A DNA stretch of 64,000 bases from Octopus sinensis (taxonomy: Eukaryota), in assembly GCF_006345805.1 (NCBI RefSeq), contig NC_043004.1, forward strand, positions 64,480,001-64,544,000, in the 5' to 3' direction. The position numbers and the translations under genes are program-made. Below the pieces are notes generated by a model. That model was not told the DNA's origin and did not search any database. It saw only the letters and a program-made list of their open reading frames with translations. How positions within the stretch are numbered: the stretch's first letter is position 1; each line of letters starts with the position of its first letter. This document shows, piece after piece, positions 23,401-37,014 of this stretch.

Positions 23401-24658
23401 AATAAAAATAATGATAATAACAATTTGGGGGAGATAGAGAGGGGGTAAAATGACACAGTTTAATTGAAATATTTTTTTATATTTTTTAACTAATTTTTTT
23501 TTTGTTTTAAATTTAAAACACAAAGCAAAACAAACAAAAAATTGGAAAAAAAAAATAAATAAATACTTTCCTGTCAGGAAATTATGAAAGAATAATCTTT
23601 CTTTGAATTTTTGTTTTATGTGTTCCACACACACAGAGTGAAACAGAAATAGTCCACATATGGTGTTTTATATGAAGAGAGATAAACAGAAACAAAGAGA
23701 AGAGAGAGGCAGGAAGATATAGGGAGAAAGCAAGGGAGATTATTGAAGAGTTTGAAAGACATTTTTGGCAATGCAACGTATTTGTTTGAGTTTATAACTA
23801 AATGTTTAAAGTAAATACATTGTTATAAGAACAGCCGACAGACAGGCTGAGACAGTTTAAATATTTAATTTTGTTTTTGATTTCTTTGGGGCTTTTATTT
23901 TTAATGTTCTTCCTCCTATTTTGTTATGTTGAAATAAATAAATGGAAATTGTCAAAAATCTCTTGTAACTAACAAATATATCATAATTTTTAGTTAAATA
24001 ATCAAAACTCATTTCTCTCTCTCTCTCTCACTTTCTCATTATCTCTCTCTCTCATTCTCTCTATCTCTCTCTCTCATTCTCTCTCTATCCCTCTATCTCT
24101 CCCTCCTCACACAAACACTGGTATACACACATCCCTACTCTTTCTGTCTTTCTCTCTCCCTCTAACCCTATATATATATATATATATATACATATATATG
24201 TGTGTATGAATGTGTGTGTGGGTGTATGTGTGTGTGTGTGTGTGTATGTATATATATGTTTGTTTGTGTGTATATACACATGTACAAGGAGCCATAAAGA
24301 CATATAATGGGACAAGAGACATATGGATAAAAGCTAATATACACCCAAATTATAAGCAGCAATACATATACACCTCTAATGGGTTATATAAATCATAAAC
24401 ATACACACGGATAAACACATGCATATATATACACACGCACACGCACACGCAATCATCAATCCTGAAATGTTGTTAACACACGCACACACTCACAGAGAGC
24501 AACACACACACACACGCATTGATTTCAGTCTATTGCTATGTCACACTTGCCTTCCTCTTCATTTTTACTCAGTCTATGTCCCTCTCTCTCTATATATATG
24601 TATATATGTATATATATGTATGCATGCATGTGTGTACATGTGTATACATGTGTGTCTG

Positions 24659-24695
<37 letters not shown>

Positions 24696-25318
24696 CTGTG
24701 TGTGTACATGTATCTTTATGTATATATCATATATGTATGTGAGTGAGTGTGTGTGTATATGTGTGTATATATGTACATGTATGTGTGTATAAATGTATGT
24801 CTATATATATATATATATATATATGTACATCTATGTGTGTATATATGTATGTCTGTATATATATGCACATGTGTGTGTGTATATATATATATATATACAC
24901 ACACATGCAAATGTATATTTGTGTGTGTATGTAGATGTATGTGTATATGTGTATATATATGTACATGTGTGTGTGTATGTATGTATGTCTGTATATATAT
25001 GTACATGTGTGTGTGTATATATATATACACACACACACACATGTGAATGTATATTTGTGTGTGCATATGTATGTACATGTGTGTGTGTATGTGCACATTC
25101 AATGCTCCACTTGTGCCTTTAAATTTTTTATTTTGTTTTTCTTTCATTTTCCACTTAAAGTTATAGCCTGATTCAGACACACAGACAAACACACAAACAC
25201 ATGCATATCATCATGCCAATCACACAACATATATTCACACACCAATACATACACCAATATAACACCAGTCATCCAGAAACACATGTATATGCATGCTTAC
25301 ATCAATGGTACGCTACTC

Positions 25319-25349
<31 letters not shown>

Positions 25350-25519
25350 TATATTCAGCCATCAGACATGTTTACACCAAAGTAATACCAGTCATCCACA
25401 CACATGCTTACAACACTTCAGCAGTCATACACACTTCAGTAATCACATGGACACACACACACACACACACACACACATGCTCATACACATACATGCTTGC
25501 ATCTTCATCTCAATCCCTG

Positions 25520-25563
<44 letters not shown>

Positions 25564-25826
25564 CTCATACACATACATGCTTGCACCAACATTCAACCAA
25601 TCGCATACAACACACAAACACGCACTTATATACACACATGCTCGTATCAACACTACGCCAATTACGCATCCTCACACAACACACATACAAATACATACAG
25701 ATACACATATACACATACATGCATACACACACATATCAAACAATATAACAAAAATCACGCCCAGGTTTCTACGCCCTCATAAACAAACACATTCCAACAC
25801 CATGATAGCCATACACATATGCATAT

Positions 25827-25877
<51 letters not shown>

Positions 25878-27409
25878 CAGACACCAAGTTAAGGAATGAT
25901 AAACGTACACAAGACACATATAAAGACGAATGAGTGAATCAATAAGAAAGAATCAGACCATTCTTTTACAGTTCCTTACAAGAGAACACCCCCACCAACT
26001 GCCTATTACAAACCCCACTCCCGAATCATTTTGTTGTTTTGTTGTTCATTCTGTTCTGATTTTTGGAAATGGGGCTTTATAATTTGTTTTATCATTTCTG
26101 GTGCTTTGCAACAGAAAACTGAGAATTTGGTAAAGATGGAAAAAAAAAAAAAAAATAATAATAATAATAACGATAAAGAAAAAAGGGAATGTATATAGAT
26201 TTTTAAAAAAACATAAAAGTGGAAAAGAAAGGGGACAAAAGGAAAAGAGAAGAAGGAGGAAGAAGAGGTGTGGGGAGAGGAAGAATTAGAAATTGAAAAT
26301 TTTGTGAAACACCAAAACTAGATTAATAGGAAATGTCAAAACCAAAATGTAATGTTTGTGTGTGTGTGTGTGTAAGTTTATGCCTGGTTATAAGTTAGAT
26401 GTCAATATATATGTGTATATATATATGCACATGTGTGTGTGTGTGGGTGTGTGTTTGCGTGAGAATTAAAATTTTGTATCTGCTTTGGACGTTTTGTTAA
26501 AGCATTCTTGTGTGTATGTGTGTGTGTGTGTGTGTATGTGTACGTGTACATACACATATTTATGCATGCATCAGAATCATGTGGTTTCAGGTTCAATCCT
26601 ACTGCACAGCAAGATGAGTGTCTTCTCTACTAAGGCCCCTGGTCAACCAATCCCATGTAAGGGGGTTTAATTGACAGAAACTGCAAGAAACCAGTTGTGT
26701 GTGTGTGTGTGTATATGTATATATGTGTGTGTGTGTATATGCATGTGTGTGTGCACATGCACACGTGTTTGTGTATGAGCATGTGTGTGTGTATTTGTGT
26801 ATGTGCATTTGTGTGTATATATGCATGCATGTATGTCTGTGTGTTTGTGCACACACGTGTGTGTATGTGTAGAAACTGAAAGTAGCTTGTCATATATGTG
26901 TGTGTTACTGTCTCCATGCCTTGACATTGCATGGTAGCTGTAAACGAGTGCCACCATCATACAAGCGTTGTCCTTCATTTCCAATCGTCTATGAAAACAT
27001 GTCTGTCCTTTGAAGAAATATTACCTTATTTGGATACAGGTGATGGTTGGCAACAGGAAGGACATCTGACTGTAGAAAATCTACCTCAACAAATTCATTC
27101 TAAGCCATCCACTCATAGAGATGAGAACGTTAAATAATTTTATATATATATATTTATACACACAACCGTTTCAAGCAGTGCCATTTAATTAATCAATACA
27201 AGCATTACATTAATTTGAAATAACCTGCTTTCCTCGGATGCATAAGACCATATTGGTTTTCAACATACAGGATACTCCATTATAATTTTTTAGCAAAGTT
27301 TTCATCAGAACTTTGAGCTGTGCAGACAATACTAGACTGACTTTGTGCCTCAACTTAAGTACCTAATTCAACTGAATCTTAATTATTTATATATTTATAT
27401 ATATATATA

Positions 27410-27576
27410 CTTTATTTAAGGCAGCAGAAAATTCAACAAAACCTGTTACTCTGAGTTTCCTGTTGCCGTTCATCGGACAGTTTTTGCTAGAATGTCCAGC
27501 AAAAATTGTCCGATGAACGGCAATGGGAAACTCAGAGTAACAGGTTTTGTTGAATTTTCTGCTGCTTTAAATAAAG
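27410..27576. repeat. Near-perfect inverted repeat, 79-bp arms, 9-nt loop, within a (TA)n-flanked element (27410-27648)
   Basis: 27410-27488 versus 27498-27576, 75/79 identical. Confidence 0.95.
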
Positions 27577-27649
27577 CATATTACTCTACCACTGGTATTT
27601 GAGTACTCTTTTTTCCACCTTGTTTCACATTTATGTGTTTACTCCGGTG

Positions 27650-27682
<33 letters not shown>

Positions 27683-28607
27683 TATATATTCATTTATTCA
27701 TTCATCCAATGAAATTTAAAACCTTAAAATGTGTGACAAATAACCAGTATTTAGAAATTTACAACTCTGTGTGTTTCCATTCAAGGTATTTCAATCAAGT
27801 AAGGTTTCACGTAAAATGTTACATGTTTCTGATGATTTAACAATGAATCTTGATTATATAATTTGCCTTGTCTAACTAATAATGAAACTTATATAAGATG
27901 GTTAAGCTAAATATCATATAAGCAATCACTCATGTTTTGTTTTATATTATGTATGTGTTTGTGTGATTATGTCTCTGCGTATGTGTTTGTTTACATTTTC
28001 ACTTTTCTGAGAATCTCTGAGCTACAAGGAGGAGTGATGTGGAATGAGAGGTCCCAAATGGAAAAAATAGTTAAGAATTAGCAACAGAAATGGCAACCAT
28101 CTATAAAACATTGCTCAATAATATATTTATTTTAATCCGGGTCTGTATGGAAATAAATGTGTACTGAAGTGAACAAATTAATATACATACACACATATAC
28201 ACATACCTACATTTAGATATAATATATATGTGCTTATTTGTAAACATGTGTGCGTGTGTAGTGTTAACTGTCAGGAAAAGAGTACTTGACACCATATTAG
28301 AAATTAGTCATATTTTTATTTTCTTGCTACTGAACCAATATATATACATGTTTGTGTGTGTGTTTTAATCCAAAATGGAGACAAACAGTAATTTTCCTGT
28401 GTGGATTAGTTTGAATAATTGTCAACTATTTCCTCAACATGAAACCAATGGTAGCCTTAATGCAGAGAATCTTTATCCATCAATGTAATGTTGAGCCCTT
28501 GTTCTCATTTTTCAATAGTTATGTGTGTGTGTGCATGTGTGTATTATATATATATATATATATTATATATATATATATAATATATATATATATATATGTG
28601 GAGAGTT

Positions 28608-28770
28608 TACGAAAAAAACAAAAGACAAAGACAGGTGGTGTACAAAACAAACAGATGTATTTGTATAACGCTCAGGAATAGAAAAAGTCTTTTACATTTT
28701 GAACCTACGCTCTTCTACAGAAAGGAGAGAGAAAAAAATGTGTGTATTGGCTAACAATCTATCATGGCAA
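28608..28770 (-). mobile_element. Short PLE-terminal-repeat-like element, same family as 43490-43652, decayed hammerhead-like motif at 28689-28724
   Basis: Minus strand CTTT CTGTAGA A GAGC GTAG GTTC AAAATG TA AAAG; starts directly after a (TA)n tract. Confidence 0.65.
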
Positions 28771-29224
28771 CTGATACACACACACACACACAGAGGAAGC
28801 AAGTAACTCTGAGTAGTGGAAACTGAAGATTGGAGACTTTCAGTTATAATGTATCATTAAATACACTACATTTGTATTAAATCCTGTCATCAATTGCTTC
28901 TTGTAAGTCCATACATAATAATAATAATAATAATGGATTCTCTCATCATTAGACGGTGTATGAGGGTTTGATTATTTCTTACCGAACAACCACACGGATG
29001 ATCTGTTTATAGTGATCAAATGTTTGTGTAGACATAAGCTGACTCCTGCCATCAGATCGACATTACCTGTACAGGTGCAATGGGTGCCACATGTCAGATG
29101 TTAAAATGTTCACAGATCAACATGAAATGAAGTGCTTTGCTCAAGAACACAACTCCCAGTCTGGGAATCAAACCTACGATCTCGAAATCATGAGTGCAAC
29201 ACCTTAACCACTAGACCATATATA

Positions 29225-29826
29225 TGTGATCTGATCAATAAGTATCCGGACTGTTGCCAGAGTAACGAAGCTAAAGTATACAGTGTAAAGCTGCTTGGTA
29301 CAGATTGATCTTGAACTCTTCCACTGTTTACAGCAGTGCTTGGAAGGAAGATGTGTAGTGTGTGATTGTTGCATTGACAATGACAGAGAAGGTTGAGCAG
29401 AAAATCTGCATCAAATTTTGTCAAAAGCTTGGTGATACCTACTCAGAGGCCTACGCAAAGTTTTCAAAACATGTTCATCATTCTCGCCACAATCAAAGAG
29501 ATCTTGTGCAACTGAAATCCGAGTGTGATTTTGGTCAGCTGAAAACAGCTTTGGCACAAACTTGGCAGACACACGTCTCATACCCAAATCTTCAGTGATA
29601 ATGGACTGAACTGAACTGTAACTAATCTGCACATCCTCTGATAACTCACGGATGGTGATTCGATGAATTTTCCCTCACAGCTGCATGCACATCTGCGATG
29701 CTTTTCTCAGTTCTGCTGATTGCAGGTCTCCCATAATGTTTATCAATATCGACATTTTGTTGGCCATCTTGGAAACGTCTGAACCACTTATACACTTGTG
29801 TGTGACTCATACACTCCTCTCCATAA
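29225..29826. mobile_element. mariner remnant: 5' TIR and N-terminus on + strand, next transposase segment inverted
   Basis: + strand MTEKVEQKICIKFCQKLGDTYSEAYAK (29380-29460); - strand LYGEECMSHTQVYKWFRRFQDG...GRP...ITIRELSEDVQISYSSVQSIITEDLGMRRVSAKFVPKL...DEHVLKT (29826 to 29465). Confidence 0.88.
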
Positions 29827-29904
29827 AGTGTTTTCTACTATAGCCTCAGGCTGACCAAAGCCTTGTGAGTTGATTTGGTAGACAGAAACTGAAAGAAGCC
29901 TGTC

Positions 29905-29971
<67 letters not shown>

Positions 29972-29972
<1 letters not shown>

Positions 29973-30283
29973 GGAGGCACAATGGCCCAGTAGTTAGGGC
30001 AGCGAACTCGCGGTTGTAGGATTGCGGTTTCGATTCCCAGACCAGGCGTTGTGAGTGTTTATTGAGTGAAAACACCTAAAACTCCAAGAGGCTCCAGCAG
30101 GGGGTTGTGGTAATCCTGGCTGTATTCTTTCGCCACAACTTTCTCTCACTCTTTCTTCTGTTGGCCTGCTCACTTAGCCAGTTGGGTGGCGTCATTTGAA
30201 GGTTAAAACAATGTGAAGCGCATTGTGACCAGTGATGTGTAGCAATGTCTGATAGCCTGGTCAGTCACAGTGATCACGGTGAT
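29972..30283 (+). mobile_element. tRNA-derived SINE family E
   Basis: TGGAGGCACAATGGCCCAGTAGTTAGGGC head and GGTTTCGATTCC B box; copy at 57101. Confidence 0.85.
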
Positions 30284-30295
30284 ATATATATATAT

Positions 30296-30592
30296 CATCA
30301 TCATCATCATTATCATCATCGTTTAACGTCCGCTTTCCATGCTAGCATGGGTTGGACGGTTCAACTGTGGTCTGGGAAGATAGAAGGCTGCACCAGGCCC
30401 AGTCTGATCTGGCAGTGTTTCTACAGCTGGATGCCCTTCCTAACGCCAACCACTCCGTGAGTGTAGTGGGTGCTTTTTACGTGTCACTGGCACAGGTGCC
30501 AGACGAGGCTGGCAAACGGCCACGATCGGATGGTGCTTTTTACGTGCCACCAGCACGGAGACCAGACGAAGCTGGCAACGGCCACGAATCGG
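30296..30592 (-). mobile_element. Family F LINE-3'-end-like repeat with two units of about 60 bp in tandem
   Basis: Homologous to 15601-15955. Confidence 0.7.
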
Positions 30593-30628
<36 letters not shown>

Positions 30629-31647
30629 ATGTGTGTTTATATGTTTATGTGTCTGTATTTCTCCCCCAAACATCGCTTGACAATCAATGCTGGTGTGTTT
30701 ACGTCCCCATAACTTAGTGGTTTGGCAAAAGAGAACCAATAGAATAAGTACTAGGCTTACAAAGAATAAATCCCTGGCTCGATTTGCTCAACTAAGGTGG
30801 TGCTCCAGCATGGCCACAGTCAAATGACTGAAACAAGTAAAAAAGTAAAAGAGATACATCGGTCGTGGTTATTTACTGGCAGATTCTCCCCATATCAGCA
30901 GACCTATCATCAGACAATTCAGCTAGGAATTTTAAGGATTGTCAAAGGTGAAGAGAGGATGTGTAATTTGAGTGAATCCAATGTAAAGTTGATGTGTGAT
31001 TTGAGTCAGATTTGGATGCTGTGTTTAATGAGTCAAACAATGGTACCTTGGAAATAAATACCACAAAGTGGTAAGGTGGTGCGGCTTAAAACCCTTGCAT
31101 AGCTGAGCATCAACACTTGCACAGATACAGTTTTATGATAATATTCCCAGTAATTCTATAGAGTTAAGCACTCATCGATAAATCTGTCTGAATATGAAAT
31201 GTCAAACAACTGTCAGTGTTGAGATCAATAAATATTGGTCAATGAGTTTAAAGATTATCTGGTGCATAGGCATAGCTGTTTGGTTCAGAAGGTCACTTCA
31301 CAACTTAATGGTTTTAGTTTCAATTTTACTGCATGGCACCTTGGATAAATGTTTTCAGCCTTGGCCTTGAATTAACCAAATACTTGCAAGTGGCACTTGA
31401 TAGACAGAAAGTGTAATACATCAGCCAGTCAAGAATCAAGACCTGGCCCTTGGGTGGTTTCTAAAAGTGTTTCACTCTTGAGCAAGCCTCTCTGTCAGAT
31501 CTCCTGTATGAGGATAACTTCCTCCTTTCCATCTGCCAATCACAGACACCCTAAAAAGGGTCATGTGCTTCTTTTTTTTCAAAGCCATAATTTTTCTTTT
31601 TGGGAAGTGTCATGTTGAATTTATACATACTTATATAGCCCTCCCCA

Positions 31648-31684
<37 letters not shown>

Positions 31685-31821
31685 TACAGTTTTTTAATAT
31701 TTTGCTTAGGTATTCTGGTACTAATAACCTGGTGTAGAACTCAATGCTTCTGAATGAAGTGTTAGTCAGGTACAAAGCAGTAATAACAGAGGATAAAGAA
31801 ATAACCAATTATAGTCCATAA

Positions 31822-32016
31822 GGCAGCGAGCTAGCAGAAATGCTTAACAGTATTTCGTCTGCCCTTATGTTCTGAGTTCAAATTCCACCAAGGTCGACTT
31901 TGCCTTTCATCCTTTCAGGGCCGATAAATTAAGTACCAGTTGTGTACTGGAGTGCATCTAGTCAACTGGTCCCCCCCTCCCCAGAAATTTTGGACCTTGT
32001 GCCTAGAAGAGAAAAG
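31822..32016 (+). mobile_element. SINE family C, full length, 15-bp TSD
   Basis: TSD aattatagt(c/t)cataa at 31807-31821 and 32017-32031. Confidence 0.9.
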
Positions 32017-32414
32017 AATTATAGTTCATAAGACAATCAGTTATTCCTTTGTCATCTCTTATCACTACTATATATGTGTATATATATATGTGTATAATAG
32101 ATCAGGATTTAAGAGAATCAAGCATTTAAATGGTAAGGTACTAGGTCAGGTTGAAAAAAATGTGTACACAATAACAATAGAGGAATATATATGTGAGTAC
32201 TGAAGTACAGGCAGACAAGTATTGCCGTTATGTACCTGAGTGAGTATATCATGAGCCCTGAGGTCAATCAGGAAACACACATTGCACTAAATATATGGTC
32301 CATAATATACTTCAGATCTACACAAGGAGCAGGTTATTTATACATATATATATGACATTAGTATATGGTCTTCTATCTTTTCTGAATCATTCGGATAAGT
32401 AGCAGTAATAGACC

Positions 32415-32770
32415 AGTTGTCAGTTGAAGGTGGAGGTATTGTTTTCAGGCATGTTTGTTTGTCCTTGGACAAGATATCTCAAGAACCACTGAATGGATTC
32501 AGATGAAACTTTCAGGAATGTTTGGTCTCATGACTGGCATGAACTGGTTTGATTTTCGGATCAATCTGGTACTGGACAAGGATTCTGGATTATTTTTCCA
32601 GTTTTTTTGCTTAATTTTTGAGAGCAGTCGGGTTCATTTTTAGTATTCTCATTTGTGAGAGCAGTCAAGTTTATTTCAGATCTTCTCATTTTAAAAATCA
32701 TCTCCGGCTAATCATTGAGAGGATGTTGGTGCTGCCTTGGTGGAGATTTGCATTCTCTGAGTGCTCTTGT
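32415..32770 (+). mobile_element. Non-autonomous Helitron/Helentron-associated (HINE/DINE-like) element
   Basis: 5' aaggtggaggtattgttttc; DINE-like accactgaatggattcagatgaaacttt; 3' gccttggtggagatttgcattctctgagtgctcttgtt; homologous to 1517-1690. Confidence 0.65.
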
Positions 32771-33691
32771 TATTTTTGTTGTTGTTGTTGTTTCTGCTAT
32801 ATCTCCTATGATAGTCTCATAACAATCATCCATTCTCTCTATTTTCAGATGAACCGTCCAATACAAGTCAAACCTGCTGATAGTGAGAGTAGGGCAGGTT
32901 TGTCTCACTTTTCTCTTTCTATTTTACACATCCATTGTCCACTTTTTCTTTATAAAATGTAAAACTGAAATGAATGATTGACGGACAAAATACATAATTT
33001 GCAGTCAATCTATTTTTAAAAAGTCAATTGTAACTTTGAAGTTTCTGTTATGGAAGAAACACTTATGAAACACCACAAGTTTGAGAAGCTTTTCTCAGCA
33101 AATCTTTGAAGTCATAGTGAGCATTTGTAATACACCACACACACATTGTCATAAAAAACAATCAAATTCACCATTCTTGATAAATGCTTTAACAGTAAGC
33201 GCATGTTGAGAAAACAACAAAAAAATTTTAAGCATCTTTTTCCTTAATTTTGAGTTTTTGTTTGATCTTGCTTTGAATTACAGGGAAATAATTATCTCCC
33301 TTGTAATAGTTGTGACTGTTAGAAGAACCGCATGTGTTTAATTTAAAATGTTTTTAATAGTCCAAACCATTACAGTAACAAGTAAAAGCTAAAATATTAG
33401 CTACATTAAGACATTGTTACCATCTGCCTAATACCTAACTTCACTAGTGGCACATCAATGGAAGGTTTTTCTGTCTCACCATGTATATATATATAGTTTT
33501 TATGTGTATTTACTGTGTTTGAAGATATATAAGAGTCATACTTTTTTCAAGAAAATGTATTTCAACAAATCACCCAAGTTGGTCCTGCTAGAAGTTAATT
33601 TTGTACCTGGTACTGAATATGCACTACTGAAATTGGAGTTGGTCTAATATGCCCATGTGTCTTTTATATCATCAAATATGGAATGTATGTG

Positions 33692-33734
<43 letters not shown>

Positions 33735-33914
33735 GCATACACACACACAAAATATGGGGGTTTAGCTCACAGGTGATCTAAATGACTCGGTATGCCAGGT
33801 AAGTGCTGTAATGGATTACCAGGGCTCCAAGCTCTTAGCTAAGATGGGGGTTATGGAAATATTGTAGATTCTGTCTTGCCTTAGCATTTGTTGTCCTCTT
33901 ATATATATATATAA

Positions 33915-34738
33915 CTAGCAGTATTGCCCGGCTCGTGCGTTCTATGCACGCGAGAATTAAGGTAAACTTGGATGAAGTTCAATCAAAATTCAATTATTTT
34001 GGTTTTAAAATCAAGCATTTAATGCCCTCTATTTTTGCTTATGTGTTCCATTTCCTTAATAGGAAGTACGTAGAAGCATTTCATAAATTTTTGTTGATCA
34101 AATAATTGCATTGTTGAATTATTCTTTTAGATCAGTATTTCTCAACGGGGATTTCAGGGGAGAGTTTCAGGGAGTCGCTGGTGATGTATCGTGATGATCA
34201 AAAATCCGGCCTGCTAAAATTTGGTTAAAGTGATTCAAAATGCAGACTCAACGCAAAATGGTCACATTTAATTCAAAGCGTTAAAAATGGTATGAAAACA
34301 ATTGGTATGTGTGCACAAAGTCCAAACGATTAATACGAAAAAACCCTCCAGGCTACATCCCGAAAATTCATTTCTTTGCTGAATTTCTACAATGTTTACA
34401 GCGATTCGTTTTTATATCTTGACTTTTTATTTTCATGCAATTTACGCATGCTTGCATGCGTGGTGAACACAGTTCACGTCAACAGCTGACTGAGTAAAGT
34501 TCACTATTCAATGCATGGGATAAGGCCTAAACAAACACATTATCGATTTTTCCACTTGCGAGATGAATTTCGAAACAGAAATAGCGCAGTTCAATTTTCA
34601 TTCGCCTAAACTTTAAGTGACCCATTTTTGGTGGTTCTATGATTTGTTGGCTAGGAGGAGATGTGCCGGGAAGTTAAACACACAGACACACACACAGATA
34701 CACACAGAGACACACAAGTTGAGTTTTATATGTATAGA
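33915..34738 (-). mobile_element. Non-autonomous Helitron, both termini present
   Basis: 5' TCTATACATATAAAA at 34738; CTAG|T at 33915-33918; subterminal hairpin at 33932-33954. Confidence 0.8.
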
Positions 34739-35545
34739 AGTCGAACATTAATTGGTGGAGCACTCGAGTAGAGCATCAGTTTCATTTAACATGGAAATGG
34801 TTGACAGTAACTTTGAAGTTTCATTGCAACTCTTTATATATGTAACACTTAACTAATGAATAAAATCAAAGACACAATGGTTATATACTTATATTATTTA
34901 TAAAACAATTAACCAATAAATAAGTTGGGTTTTTTTTTCTATTTCGAGTGATATTTGTGAGTCAACAGCTCAAAGAGCTTAGCAACTGTACTTTTATTCA
35001 CTGGGACTGTAAATTCAAGTTCAGCTATTTGTACTTTCCTTGGGTATCAAAATAATGATGTAGTACAGTTTGTTAGGATCTATGAAGCATCACCAAATAG
35101 TTTACCATAGCAGAATATATATCTTATAAATATTAATTATTATTATTATTATATTATAAATAATATTTATATTACTTCTTTGATTTCATTCACTGTAGCA
35201 ATAAGATATTTCTAAGTGTGTATGAATGGTGTGTATGATTCGGTATTGAAAGAACACAAATTCTGCTAAGATTTTTAATGCAAAACTATTCTCATCGTTT
35301 ATAAAATAATATTGTCGTTTTTACAAAGAACAAATAAATGATGTTTACATTAAGATAGTTGGAAGTGTATGAGGTATTGTTATACCTGTATAACAGCGGT
35401 CACCATAGTGAGTTCCTTGAAGTTAGTTGGTCATGGTACATTACTGCTGCTACCACAGTCATTGCTGTTCCTTATCATAGCAGAAAGCAGCAGAGAAATG
35501 TCCACCAAGCTGTCTACTCTAGCTTCTACTCATTACTCTTTTTGT

Positions 35546-35748
35546 TTTACTCTTTTACTTGTTTCAGTCATGTGACTGTAGCCATGCTGGAGCACCGCCT
35601 TTAGTCGAGCAAATCTACCCCAGGACTTATTCTTTGTAAGCCCAGTACTTATTCTATCGGTTCTCTTTTGCTGAACTGCTAATTTACGGGGACGTAAACA
35701 CACCAGCATTGGTTGGTTGTCAAGCGATGTTTGGGGGGACAAACGCAG

Positions 35749-35813
<65 letters not shown>

Positions 35814-35978
35814 TACGACGGGCTTCTTTCAGTTTCCGTCTACCAAATCCACTCACAAGGCTTTGGTTGGCCTGAGGCTATAGTAGAAGACACTTGCCCA
35901 AGATGCCACACAGTGGGACTGAACCCAGAACAATGTGGTTTGTAAGCAAGCGACTTACCACACTGCCGCTCCTATGCC
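35546..35978 (-). mobile_element. SINE family A, complete (head + (TA)n + tail)
   Basis: Reverse complement of the family A consensus seen elsewhere in the window. Confidence 0.88.
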
Positions 35979-36508
35979 TATTAGTAGAGAAAATGCCCTA
36001 AATACATAACCATTGCTGTTGGTCAGAAAGAAGTGCACCAAAGATTTATTCCTGTTCCACCAGAAGTTTTGGAAAGTTAATGTTTTGATGACAGCAATAT
36101 TTCTGTGAATCATGTTTGTATACTTAGTTGTTCTTTGGCATTGAATACAGTAGTCTGGGTTCAATTTCAAAGTGTTTTGCAACTACTAAATACTCCCGCA
36201 ACAGTGCCAATCCTACTGAAGGAAATGGTAATTGTTGTTCGCATATGTCTGTTTTCTTAGTTTTAGTTGTTAGGTCTGGAGGAACGAGAAGCAATTAGAG
36301 TTTCTATTGGCCTTCTTTGATCTGTGACATAAGTCTACATGAATACTGACAACTAAAGGCTTTAAGAAATTCAGGTTAGGGAAACAAAAAATTTTAATAT
36401 TTTTTTTCCTTAATTTCAAATTTCTGTTAGATCTGGCTTTGAATTAGGATGAAATGATTATCTCCCTTGTAAAAGTTGTGACTGTTAGAGGGACCATGTC
36501 TTTATTAA

Positions 36509-36729
36509 CCCTTTTGTTACCATATTTATTTTGAGATGCTCTGTGTTTCTTTCAATTAACTTTAAATATAACAGGGAATTTAGTAAAATAACTTAGTTAC
36601 CATTAAGCTAGTGTTAGGAACATAAATTGTGACTAAGGTTTGGTGGAAGATTTTAATTCAAAACTTATGAAAACAAGACATTTATACTCAGAGCCAGGGG
36701 TGGTTTCAGCTAGGTTGGTATCAAAAGGG
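36509..36729. mobile_element. piggyBac-type MITE, second copy
   Basis: TTAA|CCCTTTTGTTACC ... GGTATCAAAAGGG|CTAA; homologous to 6075-6294; sits in an older repeat also seen near 33250-33350. Confidence 0.85.
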
Positions 36730-37014
36730 CTAAAGATGGTGTGTCTTTAATAATCGCTTCTAAAAATAGACACAAAGCCTGGAATTTTGAGGGGAGGAGA
36801 GTACTCAATTATATGGACCCAAGTACATGACTGGTACTTTATTTCATCAACCCTTGAAAGGACGAAAGGTGAACTTGACCGCAGCGTGATTTCATGCAAT
36901 TTTAGCTTGACTGTGAAGTTTAAACAAAAGTTTTTATCACTCCATGAGCAGAACATGTGGGATTGCTTGGACTGGTTTCAATTCTTTTTGGGATCTCATC
37001 AGAGAACAACATTC

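Noticed and set aside
30990-31040. Cluster of AP-1 (TGAGTCA) sites as an enhancer
   Set aside because: Two sites within 30 bp; several such 7-mers are expected by chance in 64 kb, and there is no other support.
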